From: a virus
Lineage: Duplodnaviria > Caudoviricetes
Length of the DNA stretch: 28,261 nucleotides
Virus record (IMG/VR): IMGVR_UViG_3300032290_000281
Span: 1 to 28,261 of that record
Direction: 5' to 3' (one strand)
Shown: piece by piece, positions 6,378 to 15,234 of the stretch
Numbering within the stretch: position 1 is the first letter of the stretch
Layout: each line of letters starts with the position of its first letter
Made by a program: the position numbers and the translations under genes
Notes under the pieces: model-generated
Told to the model about the DNA's origin: nothing
Databases searched by the model: none
Seen by the model: the letters and a program-made list of their open reading frames with translations, nothing else

Positions 6378-8368
6378 AATGTCGCGTTTTCCTGCATCTT
6401 TTTAACCTTGTTTTGTGTACTTGTTACGTCACTTTCGACTACCACTGCTTTAACCGTTAATTGGTTAGACTTATTTTCAGCGTCTTGCGGTCCGCTTGTA
6501 GTGTTCATGTTGTTTCCTTGACCGAAAAGTGAGAATGATGGCGCACCACCTCCAGCGTTTGTAGCACCTCCACCCATAGGGGGCGTATTTCCACCGCCGC
6601 CTGCACCGCCGCCTTTACTTCCGTATTGAGTACTCGCGATTTTAGCAATGTTTGCAAGTGAAGTCGTAATAGCAAAAGCAAGTGATGCAATACCTGCAGG
6701 ATTCGGTACTGGACCAATGGCAATAGGTGAAGACGCTAACGAAGTTGTAACAGCTTTAAATCCGTCCATGATAGCCAAACTTAACTGCAACGCTTTAGCG
6801 ACTTGAAACTGTCTCTTTGCTCGTTTCTCTTTGCTTTCTTCGTCTTGCTTTCCGAAACGGTTTGCTATAGTGAACGCGGTTTCTGCGAGGTTGTTAACCG
6901 TTCCTGCATAGTCTTCGGCTATCTTTACTTTACGCTCAAATTCAGCACGTTCTTCGGCTTCACGTTTAGCCCGTGCATCCGCTTGTATTTTATCAATTTC
7001 TTCTTGCTGTCGCTTTTCAAGTTCTTGCGTATCTAACCCGTATTGCTTAGCTTGTTCGATTAAGTTAAAATACTTTTCACGAACGGCATCCTCTTCAAGT
7101 TGCGCTGCGCTGCGTGTGTTTTGGTCGTATAGTGCAAAGAAATCTTCCTCTTCCTGCGCTCTTAATAACTGAGCATCTTTAATGACCTTTGAAAGTTCGG
7201 CTTGTTTTTTAGCTTCAGCATCAACGTATTTCTTGTTGATTGCATCTGCAGTTTGAGCCGCCTCTTGTACGTACAAAGCGTTTAAAGCAATACGTTCTTT
7301 TTCGTTAAATTTCTCATTCTTCAAAAGGTCTTCTTGAAGTCGCGCGTATTTCAGTCGGTTTGCTTCAAGTTCCTTCTCAACTCCTTCTTGCATTAAACCA
7401 ACACGAAGGTCTTCAATTAAACGAGTGGCTGCAAGTCTATCTAATAAAAATTGCTTTTGTGCCTCTGCTGCTTTCTTACCTTCGGCGATTACTTCCTGGT
7501 TTAACTTTACTTCTTCGACTTTAATTTCCTGCGCCTTTGCTTTGTTTTCTTTAACCGTGTCTTTGTATAGTTTTGTTTGGTTTAGGAACGCGTTGTCCAT
7601 AACCTCTAACAATTTAAGGTTATTATTTATTTCTTCCTGCAGGTATTTATTACGTTCAATTCTTAACGCTAAAGTACTTTTACCTTCGGCATCTAACAAG
7701 GCTATTTTGTTGTCCATAATACTAAGGACCTCTTGACGCTTTTCTTTTTCCTCTTCCAGGGCCGCAGTAGTTTTAGCAAGTGCTTCGTCCGCAGCAAAAG
7801 AAGTTAAACCTAACATGTCTAAGAACCATTTAACCATGTCAATAAGTGGTTTAAACGCGGCCGTTAGGAAGTCTACAAATTTAGTTACCCAACCTAGTTT
7901 ATCGGCTAACATGTAAAGTGCAGCTACAACCCCTGCAATAACTGCAGCAATTAAGAATATAGGGTTAATTAAAAGCTGCGCACCTAGTTTTAGGAAGGCG
8001 CCACCTACAGAACCAATAGTAGAACCTAACCCCTTCAAAGAAGAAGAAATAGTTTTACCGTCAATTTTACCTAAACTACCTGCGAACAATTTAGCACTTT
8101 CAGACGCGCCTTCAAAGTCCATAGACATTAACTGCGACTGCATCAAACCAAACGCGTTAGACGTCTGTTCAAAACGTGAACCAGAAGCGAAGACCGCCGC
8201 ACGTTCGTTGGCATCTTTAAGTTGGTCACTTAACGCACCCGCTTGTTCTGCAAGTGCCGCCATTTGTTTAGGGTCTGTTGCGTTGGCAAGTTCACCTTTT
8301 AAGGCTTTTAACTCAGATCGTATTTGTGCAATACCATTGAGTTTTATATTTATTTCCTGGTCTGCCAT
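6374..8368 (-). CDS. Tape measure protein
   Basis: 664 aa, Ala/Leu-rich helical, NPIFLIAAVIAGVVAAL hydrophobic segment, long coiled coil, Gly-rich C-terminal linker. Confidence 0.85.
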   Translation of the reverse strand: MADQEINIKLNGIAQIRSELKALKGELANATDPKQMAALAEQAGALSDQLKDANERAAVFASGSRFEQTSNAFGLMQSQLMSMDFEGASESAKLFAGSLGKIDGKTISSSLKGLGSTIGSVGGAFLKLGAQLLINPIFLIAAVIAGVVAALYMLADKLGWVTKFVDFLTAAFKPLIDMVKWFLDMLGLTSFAADEALAKTTAALEEEKEKRQEVLSIMDNKIALLDAEGKSTLALRIERNKYLQEEINNNLKLLEVMDNAFLNQTKLYKDTVKENKAKAQEIKVEEVKLNQEVIAEGKKAAEAQKQFLLDRLAATRLIEDLRVGLMQEGVEKELEANRLKYARLQEDLLKNEKFNEKERIALNALYVQEAAQTADAINKKYVDAEAKKQAELSKVIKDAQLLRAQEEEDFFALYDQNTRSAAQLEEDAVREKYFNLIEQAKQYGLDTQELEKRQQEEIDKIQADARAKREAEERAEFERKVKIAEDYAGTVNNLAETAFTIANRFGKQDEESKEKRAKRQFQVAKALQLSLAIMDGFKAVTTSLASSPIAIGPVPNPAGIASLAFAITTSLANIAKIASTQYGSKGGGAGGGGNTPPMGGGATNAGGGAPSFSLFGQGNNMNTTSGPQDAENKSNQLTVKAVVVESDVTSTQNKVKKMQENATL

Positions 8369-8883
8369 TATAGAATAATCATCGTGTTATCGTAGTCCCC
8401 TCTATTGCTACACGAACCTACAGGTTTAATGTCGCTGTCTCTATTAAGGTCGCTTGTAAACTGAGGATATAACGCTTTATATTCTAGTAAGTAATTAGTT
8501 AAACGCTTTTCGTAGAACGCTGCCATTTGCCCGTAATGGTCCATAACGAAGGCCGTTTCATTTTGCGAAACACTACTTGAATAGTCGCCGCTTTGTTGCT
8601 GAATACCTTTATTTTTTAATTGGTATGTTAGTCCAAACGCGGCCTGTTCTGCAGCTCGCCATGCTACGACAAACTGAATTTTTTCAACTAGCGTAGTTTC
8701 GTCCGGGTTTAATGTTTGGTCGTTATACTGAGTTAGCAAATAGTTGTAGAAATAACTACCTAAAATAGCCTGTAGGCGCATGTCACTAGCAGGTTTAACG
8801 TATGGGTATACGTCCGTAACGTCTACATTTTTTGTTATAGGCGTGTTTATCTTAAGAAAATTTTCTGTTACAAAGTAGATCAT
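8368..8883 (-). CDS. Head-tail adaptor-like structural protein
   Basis: Directly downstream of portal; 171 aa, mostly helical. Confidence 0.6.
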   Translation of the reverse strand: MIYFVTENFLKINTPITKNVDVTDVYPYVKPASDMRLQAILGSYFYNYLLTQYNDQTLNPDETTLVEKIQFVVAWRAAEQAAFGLTYQLKNKGIQQQSGDYSSSVSQNETAFVMDHYGQMAAFYEKRLTNYLLEYKALYPQFTSDLNRDSDIKPVGSCSNRGDYDNTMIIL

Positions 8884-10169
8884 TATACTAGTGTTTGAGT
8901 GTCAGGTAATGGCGGCAAAGACGCAAGTTCACGTATTTCGTTTGCAGTCATATTTTCCAAAACTTTTGTAGCTAGATTAGGGTTCATCGCGTTAAGTGCG
9001 TTAATTACGTCACGTCCTTTTTCGTCCACCGCTGTAATAGTTTCGTTTACTATCTGGTAGTTAGTAATTTCGACATGCGCGTTAATACCTACAGCTTTAA
9101 GAAGGCCGTTAAACACGTCTGTAATGGTTTCACGTAGTGGTATAATAGTATTCTTTTCGAAAATAACGTAGGCTTGTTTAATATCTGAACCAGAACCTAA
9201 CGCACCCGAAGTTCTAACCCCCAAAAGGATAGGGTCTATAGTGTGAGCGAAACAAATTTGTTCTGTATTAAGTTCACTAACACCCTTAAACAATTCGTCG
9301 TTAGAGTTTGTAGGTACATTTACAAGTTCTGGTAAACTTTCGCTGTTATTTGCGAAGAAGGCTACCGCTTTTCCTGCGTTTTCCGCGCCTTTTAGCTTGT
9401 TAACGGTGTCTTTAATTAACTGCATCTCTTCTGTGCTTTGTGGTTTCTTAGGAAACATCATAGCGAACGAAGGAAAAATTGAGTTTTGTATGTTAGACTT
9501 TTGTAAATAGGACAATTCACCACTTAAAAAAGCGAAGTTTAACGCGCTCGTATATTGCGGTAGTGGATAGTAGTCCTGTCCTACGCTCTTTTGTTCGTAT
9601 ACGTACAGGTACGTTCCGTCTTTACATTCTGGGTGGTATGGTTCGTAGGTCGTTATTTGAAGGCCAAAACGCCAGTCTTCGTTTACCGCGTATAAAGTTT
9701 TAGTTTGGTTTATACGTACCTTTTCAGGTGCCACCCTTTTAACGTTATACGTCTTACCGTTTTTAAGTTCAATTAAAAAGTAACAACGGCCATGTAAAAT
9801 AACGTCTTTTGTGATCACTTTAAGCGTGTCTTTAAACCCTATCTTTTTACCAAAGGCGTAAAGTACTACTTTTTCCATGTCTGTTAGCTTACTTTCGTCG
9901 AAGGTATAGCCACCACCAATAGTTGCGTTTGTCTTAAAGTCTACAATAGAACCATGCAAAGGCGACATGTAGTACATTTCGTTCAAGTACTGAGGGTACA
10001 AATTGTCTTCGCCAAAACGAACGTAACCTTGCGTAGTATATCTTACGTCAATATGCGGTAGTGACAAATTGCCACCAGGTACACGCAAAAATGGCGTACT
10101 AAAACTTTGGTAACCTGTTTCTACTACTTTAAGACTGTCGTCTTTTTTAAATTTTCCCAATAAACCCAT
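8883..10169 (-). CDS. Portal protein
   Basis: FGEDNLYPQYL...SPLHGSIV, YYPLPQY, GAENAGK, I.FAH.I.P.LLG are typical of portal proteins in this phage group. Confidence 0.85.
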   Translation of the reverse strand: MGLLGKFKKDDSLKVVETGYQSFSTPFLRVPGGNLSLPHIDVRYTTQGYVRFGEDNLYPQYLNEMYYMSPLHGSIVDFKTNATIGGGYTFDESKLTDMEKVVLYAFGKKIGFKDTLKVITKDVILHGRCYFLIELKNGKTYNVKRVAPEKVRINQTKTLYAVNEDWRFGLQITTYEPYHPECKDGTYLYVYEQKSVGQDYYPLPQYTSALNFAFLSGELSYLQKSNIQNSIFPSFAMMFPKKPQSTEEMQLIKDTVNKLKGAENAGKAVAFFANNSESLPELVNVPTNSNDELFKGVSELNTEQICFAHTIDPILLGVRTSGALGSGSDIKQAYVIFEKNTIIPLRETITDVFNGLLKAVGINAHVEITNYQIVNETITAVDEKGRDVINALNAMNPNLATKVLENMTANEIRELASLPPLPDTQTLV

Positions 10170-10516
10170 TAGTCATAAATTGAATTAGATATACCTTCGA
10201 CAACCATACGGCCCTCTTCTACTTTATTTAAGCCTTCTTCGTTCGTGTTTTCGTCCACTACAATAGGCTCTAAACTTTCGTAAATTTCGTAGCGGTATTG
10301 TCCTAGTTTGAACGTCGCGTCGTCGCCTTCTGTTAAGTAGAATAAATTGTAGCGGTTAGGGTAACTTGAATAGTCAACACCAACCCAATAAACAGGGTCT
10401 AAACTTTCGTCCATTTCCCACACGAATTTAAATAACCATGTAGGCGCCTGTATAGTTGCACTTTCAGTTAACGTTAAAGCGAAGGTATTAAGCGAATTTT
10501 TTTCTAAGTATATCAT
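10169..10516 (-). CDS. Small structural protein (beta-rich)
   Basis: 115 aa in the head/neck module; first gene after a late promoter. Confidence 0.6.
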   Translation of the reverse strand: MIYLEKNSLNTFALTLTESATIQAPTWLFKFVWEMDESLDPVYWVGVDYSSYPNRYNLFYLTEGDDATFKLGQYRYEIYESLEPIVVDENTNEEGLNKVEEGRMVVEGISNSIYD

Positions 10517-10520
10517 ACTA

Positions 10521-10552
10521 ACTTAATAAGTACGTTTTAGAAAAGTTGGTTA
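10521..10552 (-). promoter_or_regulatory. Putative phage late promoter (TAACCAA-N13-TACTT)
   Basis: TAACCAA-CTTTTCTAAAACG-TACTTATTAAGT, ending 4 nt before ATG 10516 and just downstream of a terminator. Confidence 0.75.
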
Positions 10553-10555
10553 AAT

Positions 10556-10584
10556 AAAAAAAGGGGATCTATTACGACCCCCTT
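10556..10584 (-). terminator. Intrinsic terminator after the major tail gene
   Basis: AAGGGGGTC-GTAATA-GATCCCCTTTTTTT. Confidence 0.8.
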
Positions 10585-10603
10585 CCTTTTAGCGTTTATC
10601 TAA

Positions 10604-11113
10604 TTAGATAATGTCAGGAATAATAGCAGCAGCTACTTCGTAAGCCAAAAATTCGTTTTCAGCAACGAACGTAACTGAGTATTTAGACCCGTCAGCTTTT
10701 GCTGTACCGGAACCTTCCGTAACTGCGTTTAGTTGAGCCTTTGGAAAATACCAATATTTACCGTTAGCGTCACCAACTACAAGTGCTAGGTCGCGTTGAC
10801 CTTCGCCTAGAATTTTAATAGACTTAGACTTTGCAGCTTCGCGGCGGTGGAAAATTAAAGTTACAGTTTGAGTGTAATACTGCGAACCGTTAACTAGATC
10901 GTTAGCCAATTCTTCCGTATACATTCCTGTATTTCTGCGAAATTCGAACGGCACAAACTGCGCTGCCAAAGTTCCGAAGTCTGTAATAACGTAGTCTGTT
11001 ACGTCAATTAAAGACGTGTCTACGTTATCTTGGTCGTTAATATAAATAGAAGTAATACCCCCTATATTATTGTCGCACCCCTTAAGGATAGAAACTAGTG
11101 TGTTACAAGCCAT
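10604..11113 (-). CDS. Major tail (tube) protein
   Basis: MAC...GC..NIGGI N-terminus, D.NGKYW, GSGTA.AD...Y.VTF...E; 169 aa; downstream of the capsid gene. Confidence 0.7.
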   Translation of the reverse strand: MACNTLVSILKGCDNNIGGITSIYINDQDNVDTSLIDVTDYVITDFGTLAAQFVPFEFRRNTGMYTEELANDLVNGSQYYTQTVTLIFHRREAAKSKSIKILGEGQRDLALVVGDANGKYWYFPKAQLNAVTEGSGTAKADGSKYSVTFVAENEFLAYEVAAAIIPDII

Positions 11114-11134
11114 TTTATTTAGTGTTTAAGAGTT

Positions 11135-11163
11135 AAAAAAAAGGGGGCGGTTTAGACCCCCCT
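11135..11163 (-). terminator. Intrinsic terminator after the major capsid gene
   Basis: AGGGGGGTCTAAACCGCCCCCTTTTTTTT. Confidence 0.75.
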
Positions 11164-11180
11164 ATTGTCTAAATAAATGA

Positions 11181-12113
11181 TTAAGCTGGGCAAATATCTC
11201 CCCAAACCACTATCTGTGAGGTGTTTACAGTATAGAAACCTGCTTTGAAATCACTTCTGGCCCCGATACGACGGTCCAAAGTAGTTTTAGAGAAGTCAAC
11301 AATTTGTAGGTTGTCCTGGTCACCTTCTGCATCTAGAGCGTAAATGAAGTTAGTGTAGTCAGACAAAATAATTGTGTTTGCAGGTAGTCCGTACTCAACT
11401 ACTACAGGAATATCTAAGTAAGTCAAAGACAAACCAACTGTTACGTTTGTTACGTTGTTTTGTGCAGCTGTAGCAATACGGTAATTTGCCGCTACGTCCG
11501 CAGAAACTTTAAACTGCATCATTGAAGGGTTAACCAACATTTCAGGTGTAGCATCACCCAAAACAGTACCCATTGTAGCAAGTACGTTAGATGAAGTAAT
11601 TGCTGCAGTTCCAGAAGGGATAAAGTCCCCTGCGTCACACAAACGGAACAACCAACCATTACACAAAGACAATACACCTGCACCTTCTGCTACGTTACCT
11701 TGCCACATGATCTGCGCCAATTCTTGGTGTCCTTTCTTCGCCATAGTTGACCAGAAGAAGTTCATAAAAGAAGCTACAGAAAAATCTGAGTTAGAACCTT
11801 TAGCCATTTCCAACGCCAACCAAGACTGCTCTAAGTCAAACTGACAAACAGACGCCTGCGAAGTCAAAGCACAAACGTCAATTTCTACTGCTGATACTTC
11901 TGCCTGTGCAGGGTCGAAATCGCAGCCACTTTCTTGTAAAAGTCTACCGAAGGTTACGGTTGCAATTTTTGTCTTATTTTTAATCGAAGGCAAAACACGG
12001 TAGTTTGTTACTGCGTTTTCCATTCCGTAAAGAAGTGAATAGTATTCACTTGGGTTTGCTTGCAATAGAGCCGACGCGTCTACTGTCAAATCGAATTTGT
12101 ACTTTTTAGCCAT
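11181..12113 (-). CDS. Major capsid protein
   Basis: 310 aa, directly after the protease/scaffold gene and followed by a terminator; IK.K, CDF.P, IMWQG motifs. Confidence 0.8.
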   Translation of the reverse strand: MAKKYKFDLTVDASALLQANPSEYYSLLYGMENAVTNYRVLPSIKNKTKIATVTFGRLLQESGCDFDPAQAEVSAVEIDVCALTSQASVCQFDLEQSWLALEMAKGSNSDFSVASFMNFFWSTMAKKGHQELAQIMWQGNVAEGAGVLSLCNGWLFRLCDAGDFIPSGTAAITSSNVLATMGTVLGDATPEMLVNPSMMQFKVSADVAANYRIATAAQNNVTNVTVGLSLTYLDIPVVVEYGLPANTIILSDYTNFIYALDAEGDQDNLQIVDFSKTTLDRRIGARSDFKAGFYTVNTSQIVVWGDICPA

Positions 12114-12116
12114 TTC

Positions 12117-13082
12117 TTATTTCTTTAAGAAGTTTACTACTTGATTGAATTTTTGTGCAGCTGACATTTTAACTTCTTCTACGGGCGCTGCTTCTTCCGT
12201 ATTAGTCAATTCATTTTTAAGGTCTGCAATAACTTGTAGAATTTCGCTAACGCGTTGTTCTAATACAGGATTAACAATAGCTAAAATAGCTTCAGTGTCC
12301 GCTGCAGGGTCAATAGCTGCTTCAACTTCTACTTCAACTGCAGGCTCTTCCTCTTTTGTAGGTTCCTCAGTTGGTGCTTCTGTTGGTGCTGCCATTTCTA
12401 CTTCTGTAGACGCTTCAACTTCCATAGCTACCTCAGTTTCTGGCTCTTGAACTTCGACAACTACACCGTCTTTTACAACGATGACCGTCCCGTCTTCAAG
12501 CGTGTGTTCGCCTTCTGGTAACATATTATTTGTTTTTATTTGGTTGCTTAATTTAAGGCCTAAAAAACCTTCAATAGAAAAGCCTACTTGACCTGCTTCG
12601 ACTAGTTTATTGTAGTAGTCCGTGTCTGTGACCTGCGCCGTCACCATTAAAGTACCTTTAGGCACGTCAATTCCGAAGGTCGTTTTTGCTTTGTCGCCTT
12701 CGGGGTTGTCAACAAGCCACGCTTCAAGAATATAGGCAGGTACAATTTTGTCGCCTTCGTGTTCTAGGTTGAAAAGGTTTCTATTGTTCAAGTTCAACAT
12801 GAAGTCCTTGAAAATAGTGTCTATTTCCTGCTCGGTAAATTGAACATAATACTCGCCCATCTCATCGTCACGTCTGTAAATGTCCATTGGAATCATGGCA
12901 GGTGCAGTAATACGGTACTTTTTCTCGTCTGCGAAGTGGCTCTTTGCTTGAGACTTAAACGCTACACCCTTAACCAATACGGCAGGGTTTGCGGTGAAAG
13001 CTATTGCGTCAACTCCAAGTGGCTCGGTGCCGTCGTTGTATGCTTCGTCTATAGTGATTTTGTAAGTCGGTAGTCCTTCCAT
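12117..13082 (-). CDS. Prohead protease (XkdF-like) fused to an acidic scaffold domain
   Basis: AIAFT.NPA, PAMIP, FNLEH, EAWLVD, GTLM, GFSIEG; Glu/Ala/Pro-rich C-terminal third. Confidence 0.8.
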   Translation of the reverse strand: MEGLPTYKITIDEAYNDGTEPLGVDAIAFTANPAVLVKGVAFKSQAKSHFADEKKYRITAPAMIPMDIYRRDDEMGEYYVQFTEQEIDTIFKDFMLNLNNRNLFNLEHEGDKIVPAYILEAWLVDNPEGDKAKTTFGIDVPKGTLMVTAQVTDTDYYNKLVEAGQVGFSIEGFLGLKLSNQIKTNNMLPEGEHTLEDGTVIVVKDGVVVEVQEPETEVAMEVEASTEVEMAAPTEAPTEEPTKEEEPAVEVEVEAAIDPAADTEAILAIVNPVLEQRVSEILQVIADLKNELTNTEEAAPVEEVKMSAAQKFNQVVNFLKK

Positions 13083-13084
13083 TG

Positions 13085-13116
13085 ACTTAATAAGTACACT
13101 TAAAATGTTTTGGTTA
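13085..13116 (-). promoter_or_regulatory. Putative phage late promoter (TAACCAA-N13-TACTT)
   Basis: TAACCAA-AACATTTTAAGTG-TACTTATTAAGT-CA-ATG. Confidence 0.75.
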
Positions 13117-13144
13117 ATTTTTAAACAATATTTTTATACCTTTG
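13109..13144 (+). promoter_or_regulatory. Bacteroidota-type promoter for the plus-strand cassette
   Basis: TACCTTTG at 13137-13144, 15 nt before ATG 13160; TTTG at 13109-13112 (spacing somewhat long). Confidence 0.65.
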
Positions 13145-13159
13145 GTTAAAATCTAAGCA

Positions 13160-13438
13160 ATGAAAAAAATGACAGTTACTAAAAAAATGATTAAGAGTGA
13201 CGAGAATTTAATGTGTCATTCACAAATTAACTTACTTTGTCATGGTCATTTAATTGAAACTTATGGATTGACTTTGGAAGAGTTATTTATTTGGAACATG
13301 GAAGAAAGCCCCGAATTTAAATATGCTTACTGGGAGTGCGGAAGAGTGCCACGAGTTGAAGTATTAACCAATGAAGATTGGGGGACAAATGTAAGAGCAA
13401 GAATATATTTTGAAAAACCAATAAACAAAAACAAATGA
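13160..13438 (+). CDS. Hypothetical protein (AT-rich)
   Basis: 92-aa ORF after the promoter, ATGA overlap with the next gene. Confidence 0.6.
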   Translation: MKKMTVTKKMIKSDENLMCHSQINLLCHGHLIETYGLTLEELFIWNMEESPEFKYAYWECGRVPRVEVLTNEDWGTNVRARIYFEKPINKNK

Positions 13439-13983
13439 TACAGATGTACGGGGTCGAAATTCCCAACCAATTAAACGAGTTGACTATACAACAATTCGAT
13501 GAACTCAACAAAATAGAAAATAATGCAGAACTAGATACCATTGAAAAGTGGATTGAAAAATTTATCTATCTAGGTGTACCTGAAAAGGCCTTCGACAACA
13601 TGGAGTTAGAAGAGTTTGCTAACTACATTAAATTATTTAACAAGTCCGAAGTACCAAACGCTGCAAAAGTTACTGAATTAGTCATTGACAAATATACCTA
13701 CCAGGCTAACGAAACTATAGGCGTTAAAGACTTAGGTTTATTAGAGCGAATTTACCGCAGCAAAGCGGACGACTTCTGCGCGCAAACGTTAGCTATTTTA
13801 TTTAAGCGGACGGACCTAACCCGGACTGAACACTACGCACCTGCGCATCTAAAGTTTAAGGTGAACCTTATGAAAAAACAAAGCGCGGAAATAGCCTTCC
13901 CGTACATTATGGAAATTCTACAAAAAATTACTGCAATTTCTGAAAAGAAGGTAGAAGAAATTAAAGAAGACGTAACAGAATAA
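13435..13983 (+). CDS. Hypothetical phage protein, possible tail assembly chaperone-like
   Basis: IPNQLNELTIQQF...LAILFKR; similar to the following ORF. Function is inferred only. Confidence 0.6.
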   Translation: MIQMYGVEIPNQLNELTIQQFDELNKIENNAELDTIEKWIEKFIYLGVPEKAFDNMELEEFANYIKLFNKSEVPNAAKVTELVIDKYTYQANETIGVKDLGLLERIYRSKADDFCAQTLAILFKRTDLTRTEHYAPAHLKFKVNLMKKQSAEIAFPYIMEILQKITAISEKKVEEIKEDVTE

Positions 13984-13985
13984 AG

Positions 13986-14723
13986 GTGAATTTACCTAGA
14001 AATTGGAACGAAGTAACGGTTAGTCAGTGGCAGGAGCTTATGTCTATTGACCCCGTAGAATTTAACAGCGTATTCCTGCAAACAATAGAAGGCCTATCTA
14101 TACTTTCTGATACAGACCCCGAAGAAATAGAAGACCTTACACCCGAAGAGTTAGTAGATCTAGCTTCTAAAGTTAGCTTTACTAAGCGTGAGCCGTCTAA
14201 TAAACCTAAAGACATGGTTAAAGGTTTAAGATTAAAACCGTTAGACGCGCTTACGCTAGGGGAGTTTATAGATTTAGAATATTATACTTTACAAATAGTA
14301 CAAAATTTCGATATAATACTTAGTATATTATACAAACGTTGGAAAACGGACGAGTGGGGTAACGTTATTTTTGAGCCGTATTTATACCCCCTAGTGAGCC
14401 GCAAAGAAATATTTAGCGACGTGTCTATAAACGAAGTCTTTAGAGCTGTATACAACTACATTGAATACGCTAACGACTTTAAACAGCGCTACGAAAATCT
14501 ATTTAACCCGGTAATAGAAGAAGAAGAGCCTGTAGAGTTAGACGAAGAAGACCTTAAAGCCGAAGCCGAAGAAAAGGTATTTAGTAAATGGTCGTGGGAA
14601 AAATTACTTTACGATCTATCTAACCAGGACCTAACTAAAATAGACGCCATTACAGACCTTAATTTAGTCTTCGTCTTTAACATGCTTTCAATGGTTGAAG
14701 AGCTACAGCTAAACAAAGATTAG
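13986..14723 (+). CDS. Hypothetical phage protein, possible tail assembly chaperone-like
   Basis: LPRNWNEVTVSQW...LTLGEFIDLE...ILSILYKR...YENLF...KWSW...L...D; GTG start. Confidence 0.65.
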   Translation: MNLPRNWNEVTVSQWQELMSIDPVEFNSVFLQTIEGLSILSDTDPEEIEDLTPEELVDLASKVSFTKREPSNKPKDMVKGLRLKPLDALTLGEFIDLEYYTLQIVQNFDIILSILYKRWKTDEWGNVIFEPYLYPLVSRKEIFSDVSINEVFRAVYNYIEYANDFKQRYENLFNPVIEEEEPVELDEEDLKAEAEEKVFSKWSWEKLLYDLSNQDLTKIDAITDLNLVFVFNMLSMVEELQLNKD

Positions 14724-14724
14724 T

Positions 14725-15201
14725 TTACCAATTCCACCAGTGCGTAGCGTAGTCGTAGGTTCCGTCCCAATTCTTTTTACCGTCTGAACCAAACAAGTTA
14801 TACGTAATTTCTAGCTTAATGTTGTCAGGTGTTACGTTTATGGTAGCGACGTCCAAAATTGGGTAGGTCTTTTGCATCCAGTCTAAATATTCGCCTATAG
14901 CATCTGAAATAAACTGCTGTCCTAGTGGACTATCTAACGCCTTTTGAGTAATAAAGTAGGGTCTAATTTCACCACCGTTTGTTAGCTTCGCGCCTTTGTC
15001 CAAAAACATGTAGTAAAAGATAGCGTTAATTGTAACATAAAGCCTATTTAAGTCACCACTTGCAGCTGAAATACGTATACTGTCGTGCATGGTTCCTGTA
15101 CCTTCGCCACTTTCATTAAAACCAATTTGCGTTATAGCTTGCTGTATTGCTTTTTGTAGCTTGTAACGCGTTTTATATTTAATCTTAAATTGACCCTTCA
15201 T
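14725..15201 (-). CDS. Tail completion / neck-like protein
   Basis: TG.M.DSI and YY.FLD.G motifs; preceded by a late promoter. Confidence 0.55.
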   Translation of the reverse strand: MKGQFKIKYKTRYKLQKAIQQAITQIGFNESGEGTGTMHDSIRISAASGDLNRLYVTINAIFYYMFLDKGAKLTNGGEIRPYFITQKALDSPLGQQFISDAIGEYLDWMQKTYPILDVATINVTPDNIKLEITYNLFGSDGKKNWDGTYDYATHWWNW

Positions 15202-15202
15202 A

Positions 15203-15234
15203 ACATTTAAAGTAGTGTCTTCGTCTTTTGGTTA
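15203..15234 (-). promoter_or_regulatory. Putative phage late promoter (TAACCAA-N13-TACTT)
   Basis: TAACCAA-AAGACGAAGACAC-TACTTTAAATGT-T-ATG; the TAA is also the upstream stop codon. Confidence 0.7.

Noticed and set aside
13960-13990. Programmed -1 frameshift joining the two chaperone-like ORFs
   Set aside because: The second ORF is in the -1 frame, but that frame has TAA at 13962-13964 and no XXXYYYZ slippery site lies between there and the first stop.
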